In this document: positions 19,386 to 29,800 of the stretch, piece by piece
Layout: every line of letters starts with the position of its first letter
Numbering within the stretch: position 1 is the first letter of the stretch
Source of the DNA: Myxococcota bacterium
GTDB lineage: Bacteria; Myxococcota_A; UBA796; CAJQPC01
NCBI GenBank assembly: GCA_036012755.1
Contig: DASCPX010000071.1
Location: 1-64,000, forward strand
DNA length: 64,000 nt
Direction: 5' to 3'
Notes under the pieces: generated by a model
What the model was told of the DNA's origin: nothing
Database searches by the model: none
The model's input: only the letters and a program-made list of their open reading frames with translations
Translations under genes and position numbers: made by a program

Positions 19386-19634
19386 TCAGACGACCTCCCC
19401 TCGGCGGTCCAGTTCGCAGCCGGCAAGGGGTTCGCCTGTGTGATCGACGCCGACGGAGACCTTCACTGCACCGGGTCGAGCGCGTTGCTTCCGCCCACCG
19501 GGGAGTACATCGACATCGACTGCGGATACGCAGGCTGCTGCGCCCTGCGACTCGACGGTTGCGTGGAGTGTTGGGGCGACCAGTGGGACGGTGATGGCCC
19601 CTCCAATCCCGCTGCTTGCCCGGACACCCGATGA
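19386..19634 (+). pseudogene. RCC1/BLIP-II-like repeat fragment
   Basis: Two RCC1-type repeats (FAAGKGFACVIDADGDLHC; IDCGYAGCCALRLDGCVECWG) with no credible N-terminus. It is too short for a propeller. The start coordinate is approximate. Confidence 0.5.
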
Positions 19635-19662
19635 GGTACCGACACTGGGTCAGTCGCCCACC

Positions 19663-20370
19663 CTACTCAGCCGCCGCGAGCCCCTCCAGGTGCTCCTTCT
19701 GCGTCACCCAGGCCCCGCTGCTCGCCTCGACCAGGGCCAGGTCCCCGGCCGTCAGGAACACGATCGGCTCGATGATCTGGCGGTCGAGAAGCAGCGGCAC
19801 ACGGACGGCCTTGGTCTCCACCTCGACCTCCTCCTCCAGCGCCGCCTCGAAGAACTCCACCACAAGCTCGCTGCAGTAGTACTCGTCGTCTCCGTGCGAG
19901 AAGTCGTAGTCGTAGGCCTTCCCGACCAGGCTCTCGAGGTGCTCGACCCCGCGGGTCCGCTGCTGCTCGTCGAGGCCCGGACGCCTCAGGACCACGTAGG
20001 CGTCGCGCTCGTAGCGGTCGAGGAAGGCCGCCAGGGTCTCGCGGATGACGCCTGTCTTCTCCTCTCGTCCGGTCAGCCACCACCAGGGTCTCCGCAGCAT
20101 GTCCCAGAAGGAGCCCATGAAGCCCCGCATCGTCTGCTCGGTGGCCATCGAGTGGATGAGGACCCCGCCGCCGATGCTCATCGCGACGTGGGAGAGCCCC
20201 CCGCCGTTGCCCAGCAAGACGACGTCGCCAGCAGCCATGCGCTCCGAGAGGTCCCCGAGGTCCTTGCCCCAGACACGCGGGAAGTCGTCCTCTGCCCCCC
20301 CCACGCTCCAGCCGAGCTTCAACAACAGGCGCATGAAGAACTTGACCGGCCCGGAGGCGTCCTCGCTCAT
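19663..20370 (-). CDS. YiiX/YebB-like permuted NlpC/P60 (papain-like) amidase
   Basis: GDVVL..SHVAM..IHS precede GKAYDYDF..YYCSELV, which is the His-before-Cys permuted order. Confidence 0.88.
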   Translation of the reverse strand: MSEDASGPVKFFMRLLLKLGWSVGGAEDDFPRVWGKDLGDLSERMAAGDVVLLGNGGGLSHVAMSIGGGVLIHSMATEQTMRGFMGSFWDMLRRPWWWLTGREEKTGVIRETLAAFLDRYERDAYVVLRRPGLDEQQRTRGVEHLESLVGKAYDYDFSHGDDEYYCSELVVEFFEAALEEEVEVETKAVRVPLLLDRQIIEPIVFLTAGDLALVEASSGAWVTQKEHLEGLAAAE

Positions 20371-21881
20371 GGATCGCCACCCTCGAGGCCGTCCAGGAAG
20401 GCCCGGGTCGCTCGCGCGCCGGACTCGATCAAGAAGGAGCGGTCGGCCTCCTGCAGCGCGAAGTTCGTCGTGCTGACGTAGTCCGTGGCGATCGGCACCG
20501 TGCGGCCCTTGTCCTCGCGACGCAGGTTCATCTTGCGGACGTGGATGAGCACCGTCTGGAAGACGTTGTTCATGAAGCTGCCGACCTGCTTGTTCTCGCT
20601 GCGCCTGCAGCCCATCGCCCGAGCGGTGAGCCCGATGTTGCGGGCGTCCATGAAGCGGACGAGCTCCTCTGGCTCGATGACGCCGCTGCCGTCGCTGTCG
20701 AGCAGGCCGAAGATGTCCTCGACCGAGGTCGTTCCGAAGAGCATCAGCGCGTCCTCTTCAGAGAGCCCGCCCCGGGTGAACAGGCCGCTGATCTCCTCTC
20801 GATCGATGAGGCCGTCGTCGTTGTGCTCGCAGGCATCCAGGGCCCGCATGAGGCGGCCGAAGGCGTGGTGGAGCGCCATGGCCTGCTGTCGCTTGTCGTC
20901 GATGGCCTTTTCCCGGTCCCGCGCGATGCGCGCCAGGATGGTGTCCGGACGCGGCGGCGGACCGCCCTCTTCTGTGAGCCACTCGGCGCTGACGTCGCGC
21001 TCCCCCATCTCGAAGACCGTGAAGCCCAGGGTCTTGCCGTCTCGCGGATCGAAGCGGGCCAGCGGGTTGTCGAACTCGCCGGTGCCGATGAGCGGGCCGA
21101 GGCGGCGGACGAAGGAGTCCTTCGGCTTCATGGACAGCCACCAACCGTCGAAGACGTGCAGCGGGAAGTTGCAGAGGATCCCGCCGTCCGTGTAGAGGTC
21201 CTCTTCCTCCCAGCTCGGCGAGCCCATGCGGTGGACCAGCCGATAGGGCCGCATCAGGACCGGCAGGCTCATGCTCATGCCGATGGCCAGGCGCACGGGC
21301 ATGTGAGGGGTGGTCTTGGGATGGCAGTACTCGGCGCACATCCGGGTGATGTTGGCGATGGGCACGCAGAGCTCGCGCCCGCAGCGCTCCAGCAGCTGGG
21401 CGAAGGTCACGTCCATCGCTCCTGTGCGCTCCGCGAGCAGCTCGCCGAGGAACTCCAGCAGCCTCTGGCCAGGATGGAAGCCGAACTCGCTCCAGAGGTT
21501 CAGCGCGCAGCTGAAGCGCCCGAAGCGGGCGTCCTTGAGCAGCTTCACGAGATCCGTGTCGTAGAGCAGCTGGCGCAGGTCGTCGCTAGAGGCGCCGCAG
21601 GCCACCATCGCGGCGAAGAAGCTGCCGCTGGAGGTGCCGGCGACCCGCAGGACGTGGTCCGGGTAGAGCCCGGCGTCCTCGAGCACCCGCAGGGCACCGA
21701 GGTAGGCCATGCCCTTGGCCCCGCCTCCCTCGAAGGCCAGGTTCTCGAAGGGGATCCGCGGATGCGGACCTGTGGGAGGGCGAGGCGCGATGGCGACCTC
21801 GTCCAGTGGGGGGAGCGGCGGCGGACGCACCGCGTCGAGATCGATACTGCGGAGGTCCGCAGGCAGTCCATGCGTGCCCAT
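20367..21881 (-). CDS. Patatin-like phospholipase with an EF-hand pair
   Basis: Motifs EGGGAKG, GTSSG and DGG; EF-hand-like loops HNDDGLIDREE and DSDGSGVIEPEE. Confidence 0.88.
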   Translation of the reverse strand: MGTHGLPADLRSIDLDAVRPPPLPPLDEVAIAPRPPTGPHPRIPFENLAFEGGGAKGMAYLGALRVLEDAGLYPDHVLRVAGTSSGSFFAAMVACGASSDDLRQLLYDTDLVKLLKDARFGRFSCALNLWSEFGFHPGQRLLEFLGELLAERTGAMDVTFAQLLERCGRELCVPIANITRMCAEYCHPKTTPHMPVRLAIGMSMSLPVLMRPYRLVHRMGSPSWEEEDLYTDGGILCNFPLHVFDGWWLSMKPKDSFVRRLGPLIGTGEFDNPLARFDPRDGKTLGFTVFEMGERDVSAEWLTEEGGPPPRPDTILARIARDREKAIDDKRQQAMALHHAFGRLMRALDACEHNDDGLIDREEISGLFTRGGLSEEDALMLFGTTSVEDIFGLLDSDGSGVIEPEELVRFMDARNIGLTARAMGCRRSENKQVGSFMNNVFQTVLIHVRKMNLRREDKGRTVPIATDYVSTTNFALQEADRSFLIESGARATRAFLDGLEGGDP

Positions 21882-21908
21882 GACCCAACCTTAGATTAAT
21901 CGCCCCTC

Positions 21909-22832
21909 ATGCGGATCGCGGTCACGGGCGCCTCTGGCCGAATCGGTCGGGTCCTCCTCCCAGAGCTCATCGGCGCGGGACACGAGGTCGTGGGGCTCGC
22001 CCGCTCGGAGAGCAGCGCAGACCTCGTCCGCGGCGCCGGGGCAAGGGTCGTCCGGGGCGATCTGCTCGATACCTCCTCGCTGAACGGCTTCATCGACGGC
22101 GCCGATCGCGTGCTGCACCTCGCTGGCGGAGTGCGGGGCGCAGGGCGCACCACGCCAGACCTGCTGAACCGCGTGGCTACGGAGAACCTCGCGGGGGTCG
22201 TCGGCGAGACCCCGGTGGTCCTCGCCTCGTCCTGCGCCGTCTACGGCGACCGCAGCAACTTGTGGGTCGAAGAGGACTTCGAGCCGAGCCCCAACACCCG
22301 CTACGGCACCTCGAAGGTCGCGGCGGAGGGAATCGCGAGGGAGCGCGGCTGGACCATCGCCCGCATCGCGGCGATCTACGGGGCGGGCTTCCCCTTCGCC
22401 ATGGTCGAGCGGATGCGCGCGGGCAAGGCCTGGCTCCCCGGCGAGGGGCGCAACCACGTGCCGACGATGCACGTCGACGACTGCGTGCGCGCCCTGGTGC
22501 TGCTCGCCGAGGCAGAGCCCGGGCTGATCGTGCACCTCGCGGATCGCTCCCAGCCGACCCTGCGCGAGTTCTACGACTGCGTCCACCAGCGGGTGGGGGG
22601 GACGCCGATGCGGTTCTGGAGCACCTACGTCCCGAGCTACGTCCAGCTCTGGGCCGCCCGGAACAACGAGCGCCTGCAGTCGCGCATCGACCAGAAGCCG
22701 CGCTTCACGCCCGATTCCCTGCGCCTGTTCACCAACAGCGTGCGCCTCCGAACGCGGGTGCTGGAGGGGCTCGGTTTCGAGTGGCTCCACGCCGAGCACG
22801 AGGCTGGAATCGCGGCGACCTGGACCCCGTGA
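21909..22832 (+). CDS. NAD-dependent epimerase/dehydratase (extended SDR)
   Basis: Motifs TGASGRIG, HLAG, SSCAVYG, YGTSK and HVDD. Confidence 0.9.
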   Translation: MRIAVTGASGRIGRVLLPELIGAGHEVVGLARSESSADLVRGAGARVVRGDLLDTSSLNGFIDGADRVLHLAGGVRGAGRTTPDLLNRVATENLAGVVGETPVVLASSCAVYGDRSNLWVEEDFEPSPNTRYGTSKVAAEGIARERGWTIARIAAIYGAGFPFAMVERMRAGKAWLPGEGRNHVPTMHVDDCVRALVLLAEAEPGLIVHLADRSQPTLREFYDCVHQRVGGTPMRFWSTYVPSYVQLWAARNNERLQSRIDQKPRFTPDSLRLFTNSVRLRTRVLEGLGFEWLHAEHEAGIAATWTP

Positions 22833-22927
22833 CCACCGGTTTACGCGTCCCGGGTTGACCGGCACTATGCCCTCCACTAAGAAGCCCAATCCCTGCGACA
22901 ACTGCGGATTCTCTCCGAGGTTTCCAC

Positions 22928-25909
22928 ATGAGCCCGATCCTCCTGCTGGCAACTGCCTGCACGCCCAAAGATGCCGAGATCAACGGCACCTACCACACGT
23001 GGCTGTCCGTGAACTCGTCAGCCACCGTCGACGAGGACGAGTTGGGCCTGCACAAGAAGGCCCAGAACGGCAAGATCCCCTTCATCGACTGCAGCGTCGA
23101 CGAGTGGGAAGACGAGGATCGGGACGTGGCCTCGTCCTGCCCCTGGAGGTGGGACGCCGAGGGCAACGCCGCGGAGATCCCGAACCCGGTGGACGAGACC
23201 ATCACCGGTCCGCACCATCACCAGTGGATCGAGAAGGACGCCTTCTACCTGCTCGAGGACAACATCAACGCCTGGCGTAGCGAGGCGATCATCACCTCCG
23301 AGGGCGACTTTCAGCTGACCTTCCACCACGACCTGGGCGGTGGCCAGGACTACAGGGTGGCTTTCGTCATCGACCCGGCCTTCGAGCCCACACAGTGCAT
23401 CCAGTCCGGCTCGACCTGCTACACGCTCGAGGGCGACGATCTCATCGATGACGACAACGACGGGTGGGCGGACTTCGACGATCCCGACTGCCTCGATGGC
23501 GCCTGGGAGACCGGCTTCGACGCACGCTGGGAGTGCAACGACGGCGTCGACAACGACGACGACGGCGCGATCGATGCGGCCGACCCCGACTGCCCGGATC
23601 CCTTCGCGACAGAGGACGCAAGCTGCAGCAACGGCGTGGACGACGACGGCGACAGCTGGGCCGACGAATTCGACTTCGACTGTATGCACAGCGGCTCAGA
23701 GGACGGCGCGACCAACGGGGCGTTGTCTTGCAGCGACGGAGCCGACAACGACGGGGACGGCGACATCGACCAGGCCGACAACGGCTGCGAGACCGCGTTG
23801 GACATGGACGAGGGCGGCCGGACCGACGGCGACCGCTGCAGGGACGACTACGACGACGACGGTGACGGCTGGACCGACAGCGACGACCCCGACTGCAACC
23901 TCTACGACGCAGAGGCCGGCCTGAGCATCTGGGCCTGCAACGACGGCATCGACAACGACAACGACGGCGACACGGACGCGGACGACGCCGACTGCCTCGA
24001 GGCCACGCAGGTCTACGAGAACGAGGCGGACGTGACCTGCTCGGACGAAGAGGACAACGACGCCGACGGCTGGACCGACGCAGACGACCCGGACTGCGTC
24101 TTCGGCGCTCCAGAGGACAACACCCACTTCGGCACCCTGCCCTGCAACGACGGCATCGACAACGATCTCGTCGACACCGGCAGCGAGAGCGACGGGATCG
24201 ACGCTGACGACGACGACTGCCAGACCGCCTTCTCCGGCGGCGACGAGGGCTCCATCGCCAGCGGCACCTGCACCGACTTCGCCGAGGACGACGACGGCGA
24301 CGGCTGGGCCGACGACGTCGACCCGGACTGCATCCAGTTCACGAAGGAGAAGGGCTTCTGGACCATCCCCTGCAACGACAGCCTCGACAACGACGGTGAC
24401 GGCCTCGCCGACGCCGAAGACCCGGGCTGCATCCACCCCTTCCGCCTCACAGAAGACGACCTCGCCGGGCCCAGCAACTGCGCCGACGGAGAGGACAACG
24501 ACGGTGACGGCCTCGTCGACACCGAGGACGGTGGTTGCCTGATCGGCAGCTTCGAGGACGACTTCACGAGCGAGTGCACCGACGGCATCGACAACGACGG
24601 CGACGGAGGCACCGACCACCTCGGCGACACCGAAGACACCGGGGACTCCGGCAGCGACTCCGGCGGCGACACCGGTGGCGACGAGGCGGCCGGGGACGTG
24701 GACTGCGTCTCCCCCTTCGACATCTCGGAGAGCGCCGACGACCTCTGCGACGACGGCGTCGACAACGACGGTGACGGCTGGATCGACGGCGACGACACCG
24801 ACTGCGGCGTCTACGGCTACGAGGTCGGCTATGCCGACAGTGGCTGCGCGAACGGCATCGACGACGACGAGGACGGCCTCGTGGACGCTCTCGACAGCGG
24901 CTGCATCAGCGCCAACGACCCCTACGAGACCGACGGCGACGAGTGCGCCGACGAGATCGACAACGACGGCGACGGCTGGACCGACTCCGCAGACGCCGAC
25001 TGCATCGTCCTGGACACGCCCTACGAGGCCAACCAGGTCTTCGGCAACACGGAGTGCAACGACGGAGTCGACAACGACAACGACGGAGACATCGACGCGG
25101 CGGATGCCGACTGCAACAGCGAGTTCACGCTGTCGATGGACAACATCGAGGCCTACGAGGACCCGGGCGAGCCCATCGCGATCCCGCTCGACCGCTACGA
25201 GACCGTCGAGAACTGGTCCGAGGACGAGTTCGACCGGAGCATCTACTACCTGAACGCGGGCGCCTTCCAGCGCAACCCTGCCGACAGCGGCGACAACTGG
25301 TTCTTCCCGCGCGAGTGGTACTCCGGCTACGCCCACTCCAAGTTCGCGGCGGAGGAGTTCGAGAGCGCCTGGATCGTCGACGTCGACGCCGTCTCAGATG
25401 TCACCTCCGGGACCTTCGGCGACTGCGACATCGCCGACGGCGGCGAGTGCCCGGCCATCCGCGAGTACGACTACGGAAACCAGGCCTGGTACCTCGCAAT
25501 CGACAGCCGTGACCCCGACCCGGCTGCCTACACCGAGTGGGTCGACTGGTTCAACGAGACAGCTGATGTGTGGGCCGCCGAGCTGACGACCTACGCCGGC
25601 CTCTCACACGACGGCTACGACTACAAGGTCGAGGGCAACCAGTGGCGCCCGATCGACGACCAGGAGTCCGGCCTGGACAACTGGGTCGAGGTCCACCGCA
25701 GCTGGGTCCGCATCGACGACGGATCGACACTCGAGCCCGGCGGAAAGGCGACTGGCGACTTCCAGATCTACTTCTCCGGCTACGAGGCCATCAGCCAGAT
25801 GGTGGTCCAGGGGTCCTTCGAGGTCGACGAGATCAAGGAAGAGCGCTGGCACAACGGCGTCCTCGAGGACGAGCTCATCGATCGCAACGAGACCCCAGTC
25901 TGCGAGTAG
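22928..25909 (+). CDS. Large acidic lipoprotein with 16 Cys-bounded Asp-rich (putative Ca2+-binding) repeats
   Basis: Lipobox LATAC; repeated CxDGxDNDxDGxxDxxDxDC units flanked by non-repetitive N- and C-terminal domains. Confidence 0.85.
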   Translation: MSPILLLATACTPKDAEINGTYHTWLSVNSSATVDEDELGLHKKAQNGKIPFIDCSVDEWEDEDRDVASSCPWRWDAEGNAAEIPNPVDETITGPHHHQWIEKDAFYLLEDNINAWRSEAIITSEGDFQLTFHHDLGGGQDYRVAFVIDPAFEPTQCIQSGSTCYTLEGDDLIDDDNDGWADFDDPDCLDGAWETGFDARWECNDGVDNDDDGAIDAADPDCPDPFATEDASCSNGVDDDGDSWADEFDFDCMHSGSEDGATNGALSCSDGADNDGDGDIDQADNGCETALDMDEGGRTDGDRCRDDYDDDGDGWTDSDDPDCNLYDAEAGLSIWACNDGIDNDNDGDTDADDADCLEATQVYENEADVTCSDEEDNDADGWTDADDPDCVFGAPEDNTHFGTLPCNDGIDNDLVDTGSESDGIDADDDDCQTAFSGGDEGSIASGTCTDFAEDDDGDGWADDVDPDCIQFTKEKGFWTIPCNDSLDNDGDGLADAEDPGCIHPFRLTEDDLAGPSNCADGEDNDGDGLVDTEDGGCLIGSFEDDFTSECTDGIDNDGDGGTDHLGDTEDTGDSGSDSGGDTGGDEAAGDVDCVSPFDISESADDLCDDGVDNDGDGWIDGDDTDCGVYGYEVGYADSGCANGIDDDEDGLVDALDSGCISANDPYETDGDECADEIDNDGDGWTDSADADCIVLDTPYEANQVFGNTECNDGVDNDNDGDIDAADADCNSEFTLSMDNIEAYEDPGEPIAIPLDRYETVENWSEDEFDRSIYYLNAGAFQRNPADSGDNWFFPREWYSGYAHSKFAAEEFESAWIVDVDAVSDVTSGTFGDCDIADGGECPAIREYDYGNQAWYLAIDSRDPDPAAYTEWVDWFNETADVWAAELTTYAGLSHDGYDYKVEGNQWRPIDDQESGLDNWVEVHRSWVRIDDGSTLEPGGKATGDFQIYFSGYEAISQMVVQGSFEVDEIKEERWHNGVLEDELIDRNETPVCE
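23430..25115 (+). repeat. Coding repeat array, about 16 copies of CxDGxDNDGDGxxDxxDPDC
   Basis: Counted in the translation. The DNA recurs as tgcaacgacggc(a/g)tcgacaacgac. Confidence 0.85.
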
Positions 25910-25934
25910 TCCGCTCGACCTGCGATCGCGGGGG

Positions 25935-25963
25935 TTGACTCCGAGATCGTACCCAGCTAGAGT
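25935..25963 (+). promoter_or_regulatory. Sigma70-like promoter TTGACT-N17-TAGAGT
   Basis: Near-consensus -35 and -10 boxes with exact 17-nt spacing in the gap between convergent genes. Confidence 0.5.
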
Positions 25964-26009
25964 CCTTGATGAAAGGTCTCAATGGTCTTGGCCGGGACCT
26001 CCTCACGCT

Positions 26010-26044
26010 TAGCCGAGTGCGTCCCCCCCCCCCACATTCGGCTA
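26010..26044. terminator. Stem-loop between convergent genes (possible terminator)
   Basis: TAGCCGAGTGCG...CACATTCGGCTA inverted repeat around an 11-C run. There is no clear U-tract. Confidence 0.4.
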
Positions 26045-26812
26045 CGAGGAGGCCCGGCCTCTTCCTTTCCTTGGCCTCAAGACCAGGACCATCTTCATCG
26101 CCTTGGGACCCAGCGGGGTCCCCTTGAAGTCCTGGTCGCAGCGAAGCAGCGTCCAGCGCCCCAGCCGCAACAAGCCCAGGATCTCCTGCGGATACCACAT
26201 GCGCATCGGCACCTCGATGAGCTGCCGGCGCCCGTCCGCGCGCTCGTAGTGGTAGCGGACGTGGTTGACCTGGGCGATGGTGTCGTACCACCCGTTTTCC
26301 CAGCTCTTCATCATGCCGCCGTCCGGGTCGGGACGGCGGCGGACCTCGTAGACGCCATCGGGGTCCCTCTCGAAGAAGCGGAAGTCCGGGACGAGGAGGT
26401 CCAGCGCGAAGCGCCCCTCCGGCTCCAGGTGCGCCTCGAGCCGCTCGAAGAAGTCGAGGACCTCGTCCGCCGTGTAGAGGTGGTGGAAGGCGTTGAAGGG
26501 CAGCACGATCAGTGGGAATGTCTGGCCCAGGTCGAGGTGCCGGAAGTCCGCGTGGACGAGGCGGACGTCGAGGTCCGCTTCGAGCTTCTGCTCCAGGCAC
26601 TCGAGCATCGGGACGGAGAGGTCGACCCCGACCACGCGTGCGCCGGTGCGAGCCATCGGGAGGGTCACACGGCCCGTCCCACAGCCCAGCTCGAGCACGG
26701 CTCCCGCGGCCAGCGCGAGGCGCCGATAGTGCTCGAGGTCCTCGACCAGGTTCATGTACTCGAGGTCGTAGAGGGTGGGATCCCGGTAGAAGTCGTCCTG
26801 GTAGGTGCTCAT
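26042..26812 (-). CDS. Class I SAM-dependent methyltransferase
   Basis: Motifs VLELGCGTGR, GVDLS, HADFR and HLEPEGRF. Confidence 0.92.
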   Translation of the reverse strand: MSTYQDDFYRDPTLYDLEYMNLVEDLEHYRRLALAAGAVLELGCGTGRVTLPMARTGARVVGVDLSVPMLECLEQKLEADLDVRLVHADFRHLDLGQTFPLIVLPFNAFHHLYTADEVLDFFERLEAHLEPEGRFALDLLVPDFRFFERDPDGVYEVRRRPDPDGGMMKSWENGWYDTIAQVNHVRYHYERADGRRQLIEVPMRMWYPQEILGLLRLGRWTLLRCDQDFKGTPLGPKAMKMVLVLRPRKGRGRASS

Positions 26813-26835
26813 CGCCCTCAGGGTACGATGCCCTC

Positions 26836-29800
26836 ATGAGTGGGATTCCGGTCGGCCCCTTCGATCTGGAGACTCGCATCGGCCGGGGGGGCATGGGCGA
26901 GGTCTGGCTGGCCAACCACGTCGACGGAAGCCCAGGGGACCCAGCGGTGGCGGTGAAGGTCCTCACCGACCGCGGCGCCCGTGACCCCGAGTATCTGCGC
27001 GCGTTCAAGAACGAGGTCCGCCTGGCCGCCGGCCTGGATCACCCCCACATCCTCCTGGTCCACGACTACGGCGAGATCAGTCCAGAGGCAGAGAAGCGCA
27101 GCCGCGGGGTGCTCAAGGCTGGCTCGCCCTGGCTGGCCATGGAGCTCGCGGACGGCGGGCCTGTGGGAGCCGGCGGGCAGCTGAGCTGGCGGGAGCTGCG
27201 CTGGGCGCTGTTGTGCGTGCTCGACGCCCTGGCCCACGCCCACGCCCGCGGGGTCGTGCACCGGGACGTGAAGCCGGAGAACGTCCTCTTGTCGGCGGGC
27301 GGCATCAAGGTGAGCGACTTTGGCCTCGCCCAAGCGGTCGACCGCCTCGGCGATGTGCAGCTGGCCAACCACCACGCCGGCACGCCGCAGTACATGGCCC
27401 CCGAACAGATCGAGGGGCGCTGGCGCGACTGGGGACCCTGGACCGACCTCTACGGCTTGGGCTGCCTGGCCTGGACGCTGGTGAGCGGCGCCCCGCCGTT
27501 CTCGGCACATGGCCTGCGCGGCGCGATCGAGGCTCACCTCGGGGCCGAGCCCCCCCCCCTGGAGCCACGCATTGGGGTGCCAGAGGGCTTCGAGGGCTGG
27601 CTCCGGCGCCTGCTCCAAAAGGACCCCTTCAGGCGCTTCCGGCGCGCAGCGGACGCGACGTGGGCCCTGATGAGCCTGCCAGAACCGGTGGAGATCGACG
27701 AGACGTCCTTCGACGTGACCGCACCCCTGCCGACCCTGGACACGCTCGAGATCACCTGGGAGGGCGAGGACCGAGGCGGACCCGCGGCCCACGAGATCGA
27801 CGCGTCGATCGAGCCCGAGCCCATCGCTCCGTTCCCCTCGTCGTGGCGACGCCCACATGGCCAGGAGCCACCGCCACGCATGGCCGGCGTGGGGCTCGGG
27901 CTGTTCGGGCTCCGAGACATTCCGCTGGTCGGGCGCCACGAGCTTCGGGACCGCCTCTGGGACTCCCTCGCCGAGGTCGAGCGGAGCCGCCGCGGGCGCC
28001 TGGTCGTCCTTCGCGGAGAGGTCGGGGTCGGCAAGACCCGTGTCGCGCGGTGGCTCTGCGAGCGTGGCCATGCCCTCGGCGCCATCGCCGTGGTCTGGGC
28101 CACACACGCCGAGCCCTCCAGAGCCGACGACGGCCTCGCGCCGATGCTCGCGCGTCACCTCCGGGTCCAGGACCTCGACCCCGACGCGGCGCTGGCGCGG
28201 GTCACCGGAATGCTGCGCCGCCTCGGTGAAGAGGACCCTGACGAAGCCACGGCGCTGTCCGAGCTCATCGCCGGGGGCATCAAGATGACCTCGCCGAGCC
28301 AACGCTACGTGCACATCGAGCGGTACCTGGCCCAATTGGCGCGCTTTCGACCCGTCGTCGTCCGCCTGGAGAACATCCAGTGGAGCGTCGACGCCCTGGG
28401 GCTCGCCGCACACCTGCTCTGGAGCACGCGAGAGCTGCCCTGCCTCGTCCTCGCGACCGTCCGAGACGAGGTCCTCGCCGAGCGTCCGGTCGAGGCCTCG
28501 ATGCTGGCCCGACTCCTGGAACAGGAGCGCGCGACGATGGTCGACGTGCCGCTGTTGGGCGGCAAGGACACCCGGGCTCTGGTCAGGCAGATCCTGGGTC
28601 TTCGCGGTGAGCTGGCCGGACAGATCGAGGAGCGCTGCGCCGGGAACGCCATGTTCGCCGTCCAGCTGGTCGGCGACCTCGTGCAGCGAGGGGTGCTGGT
28701 GCCCACCCCTGCCGGCTTCCGCCTCCGGGGAGGCGAGGACACCGAACTCCCCGACGACGTCCATCGCCTCTGGACGGAGCGCACGAAGCGCTTCCTCGAG
28801 GCTCGCCCGGACACCGACGGCCACATGCTGGAGATCGCGGCGGTCATGGGCCTCGAGGTCGACACACGCCAGTGGCGGCAGGTCAGCAAGCGAGCCGGGC
28901 TACAGGTCAGCCTGCGCCTGGTCGAGGCCCTCATCGCCCATCGGCTCGCGCGCTGCGGCGAGGAGGGACCGGCCTTCCGCTGGTCCTTCGAGCACAACCT
29001 GCTCCACGAGAGCCTCGCGAAGCGCGCCCGCGACGGGGGCCGCTACGAGAGCTGGAACGCCGCCGCTGCCGACGTGCTGACGGAGACCGACAGCCCGGAC
29101 GCCCAGGCGCGCCTCGGGCGCCACCTGGTGCGGGCCGGCCGGCCCGAAGAGGCCCTCGCACCGCTGTTGGCCGGGGCGCGGGAGCGCTGCGACTGCGGTG
29201 ATTCGAGGGAGGCAGCCCTTCTCCTGGACGAGCGCGAGGAGGTCATGCGCTCGATGCGGCTGGGGGGAGGAGACCGCCGATGGGGCGACGGGTGGGCCAT
29301 CCGCGCGAGGACGTCTCTCTCAGAGGTCGATCTCTACGCCGCCGACGCGTGGGGGCACCGGCTCCTCGACGCCGCGCTCGAGCATGGTTGGGAGGACCTC
29401 GAGATTCACGCCCTGTGCCTGCGCGCGACCGTCCTGCGTCACCGCGGCGACCGCGCCCTCTCCACCGAGTCGATCGAACAGGCCCTGGCGCTGGCCCGCA
29501 GCCGCGAGCTTGCGGACATGGAGGCAGCCTGCCAGCGGGAGCGGGCGTGGCTGGCCTGTGAGTACGGGGAGCTCGACCTCGCCCGGCAGCACGTGCTTGA
29601 GGCCCTCCTCCACCACGACGCCTGCGGAGAGCACGCCGGGCGCGCACACTGCCTCGCCCAGCTCGGGGCCATCGAGCGGCAGTCGGAGCGCTACGAGGAG
29701 GCGCTGGGTCACGTGGACGCTGCGCGGCAGATCTTCCAGGAGCAGGGGGCAGGGCGGGACGTCGCGAGCTCTGATCTGCACCTGGCGCTCATCCACATCG

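Noticed and set aside
19663..21881. Patatin as a CBASS anti-phage effector
   Set aside because: No CD-NTase or other defence genes are nearby.
23430..25115. Regularly spaced DNA repeats as a possible CRISPR array
   Set aside because: The repeats are degenerate at third codon positions, in frame within a lipoprotein, and there are no cas genes.
25969..26130. Leaderless peptide from ATG 25969 after the orphan promoter
   Set aside because: The translation is Pro/Ser-rich, crosses a homopolymer and runs antisense into the methyltransferase, so it is not convincing.
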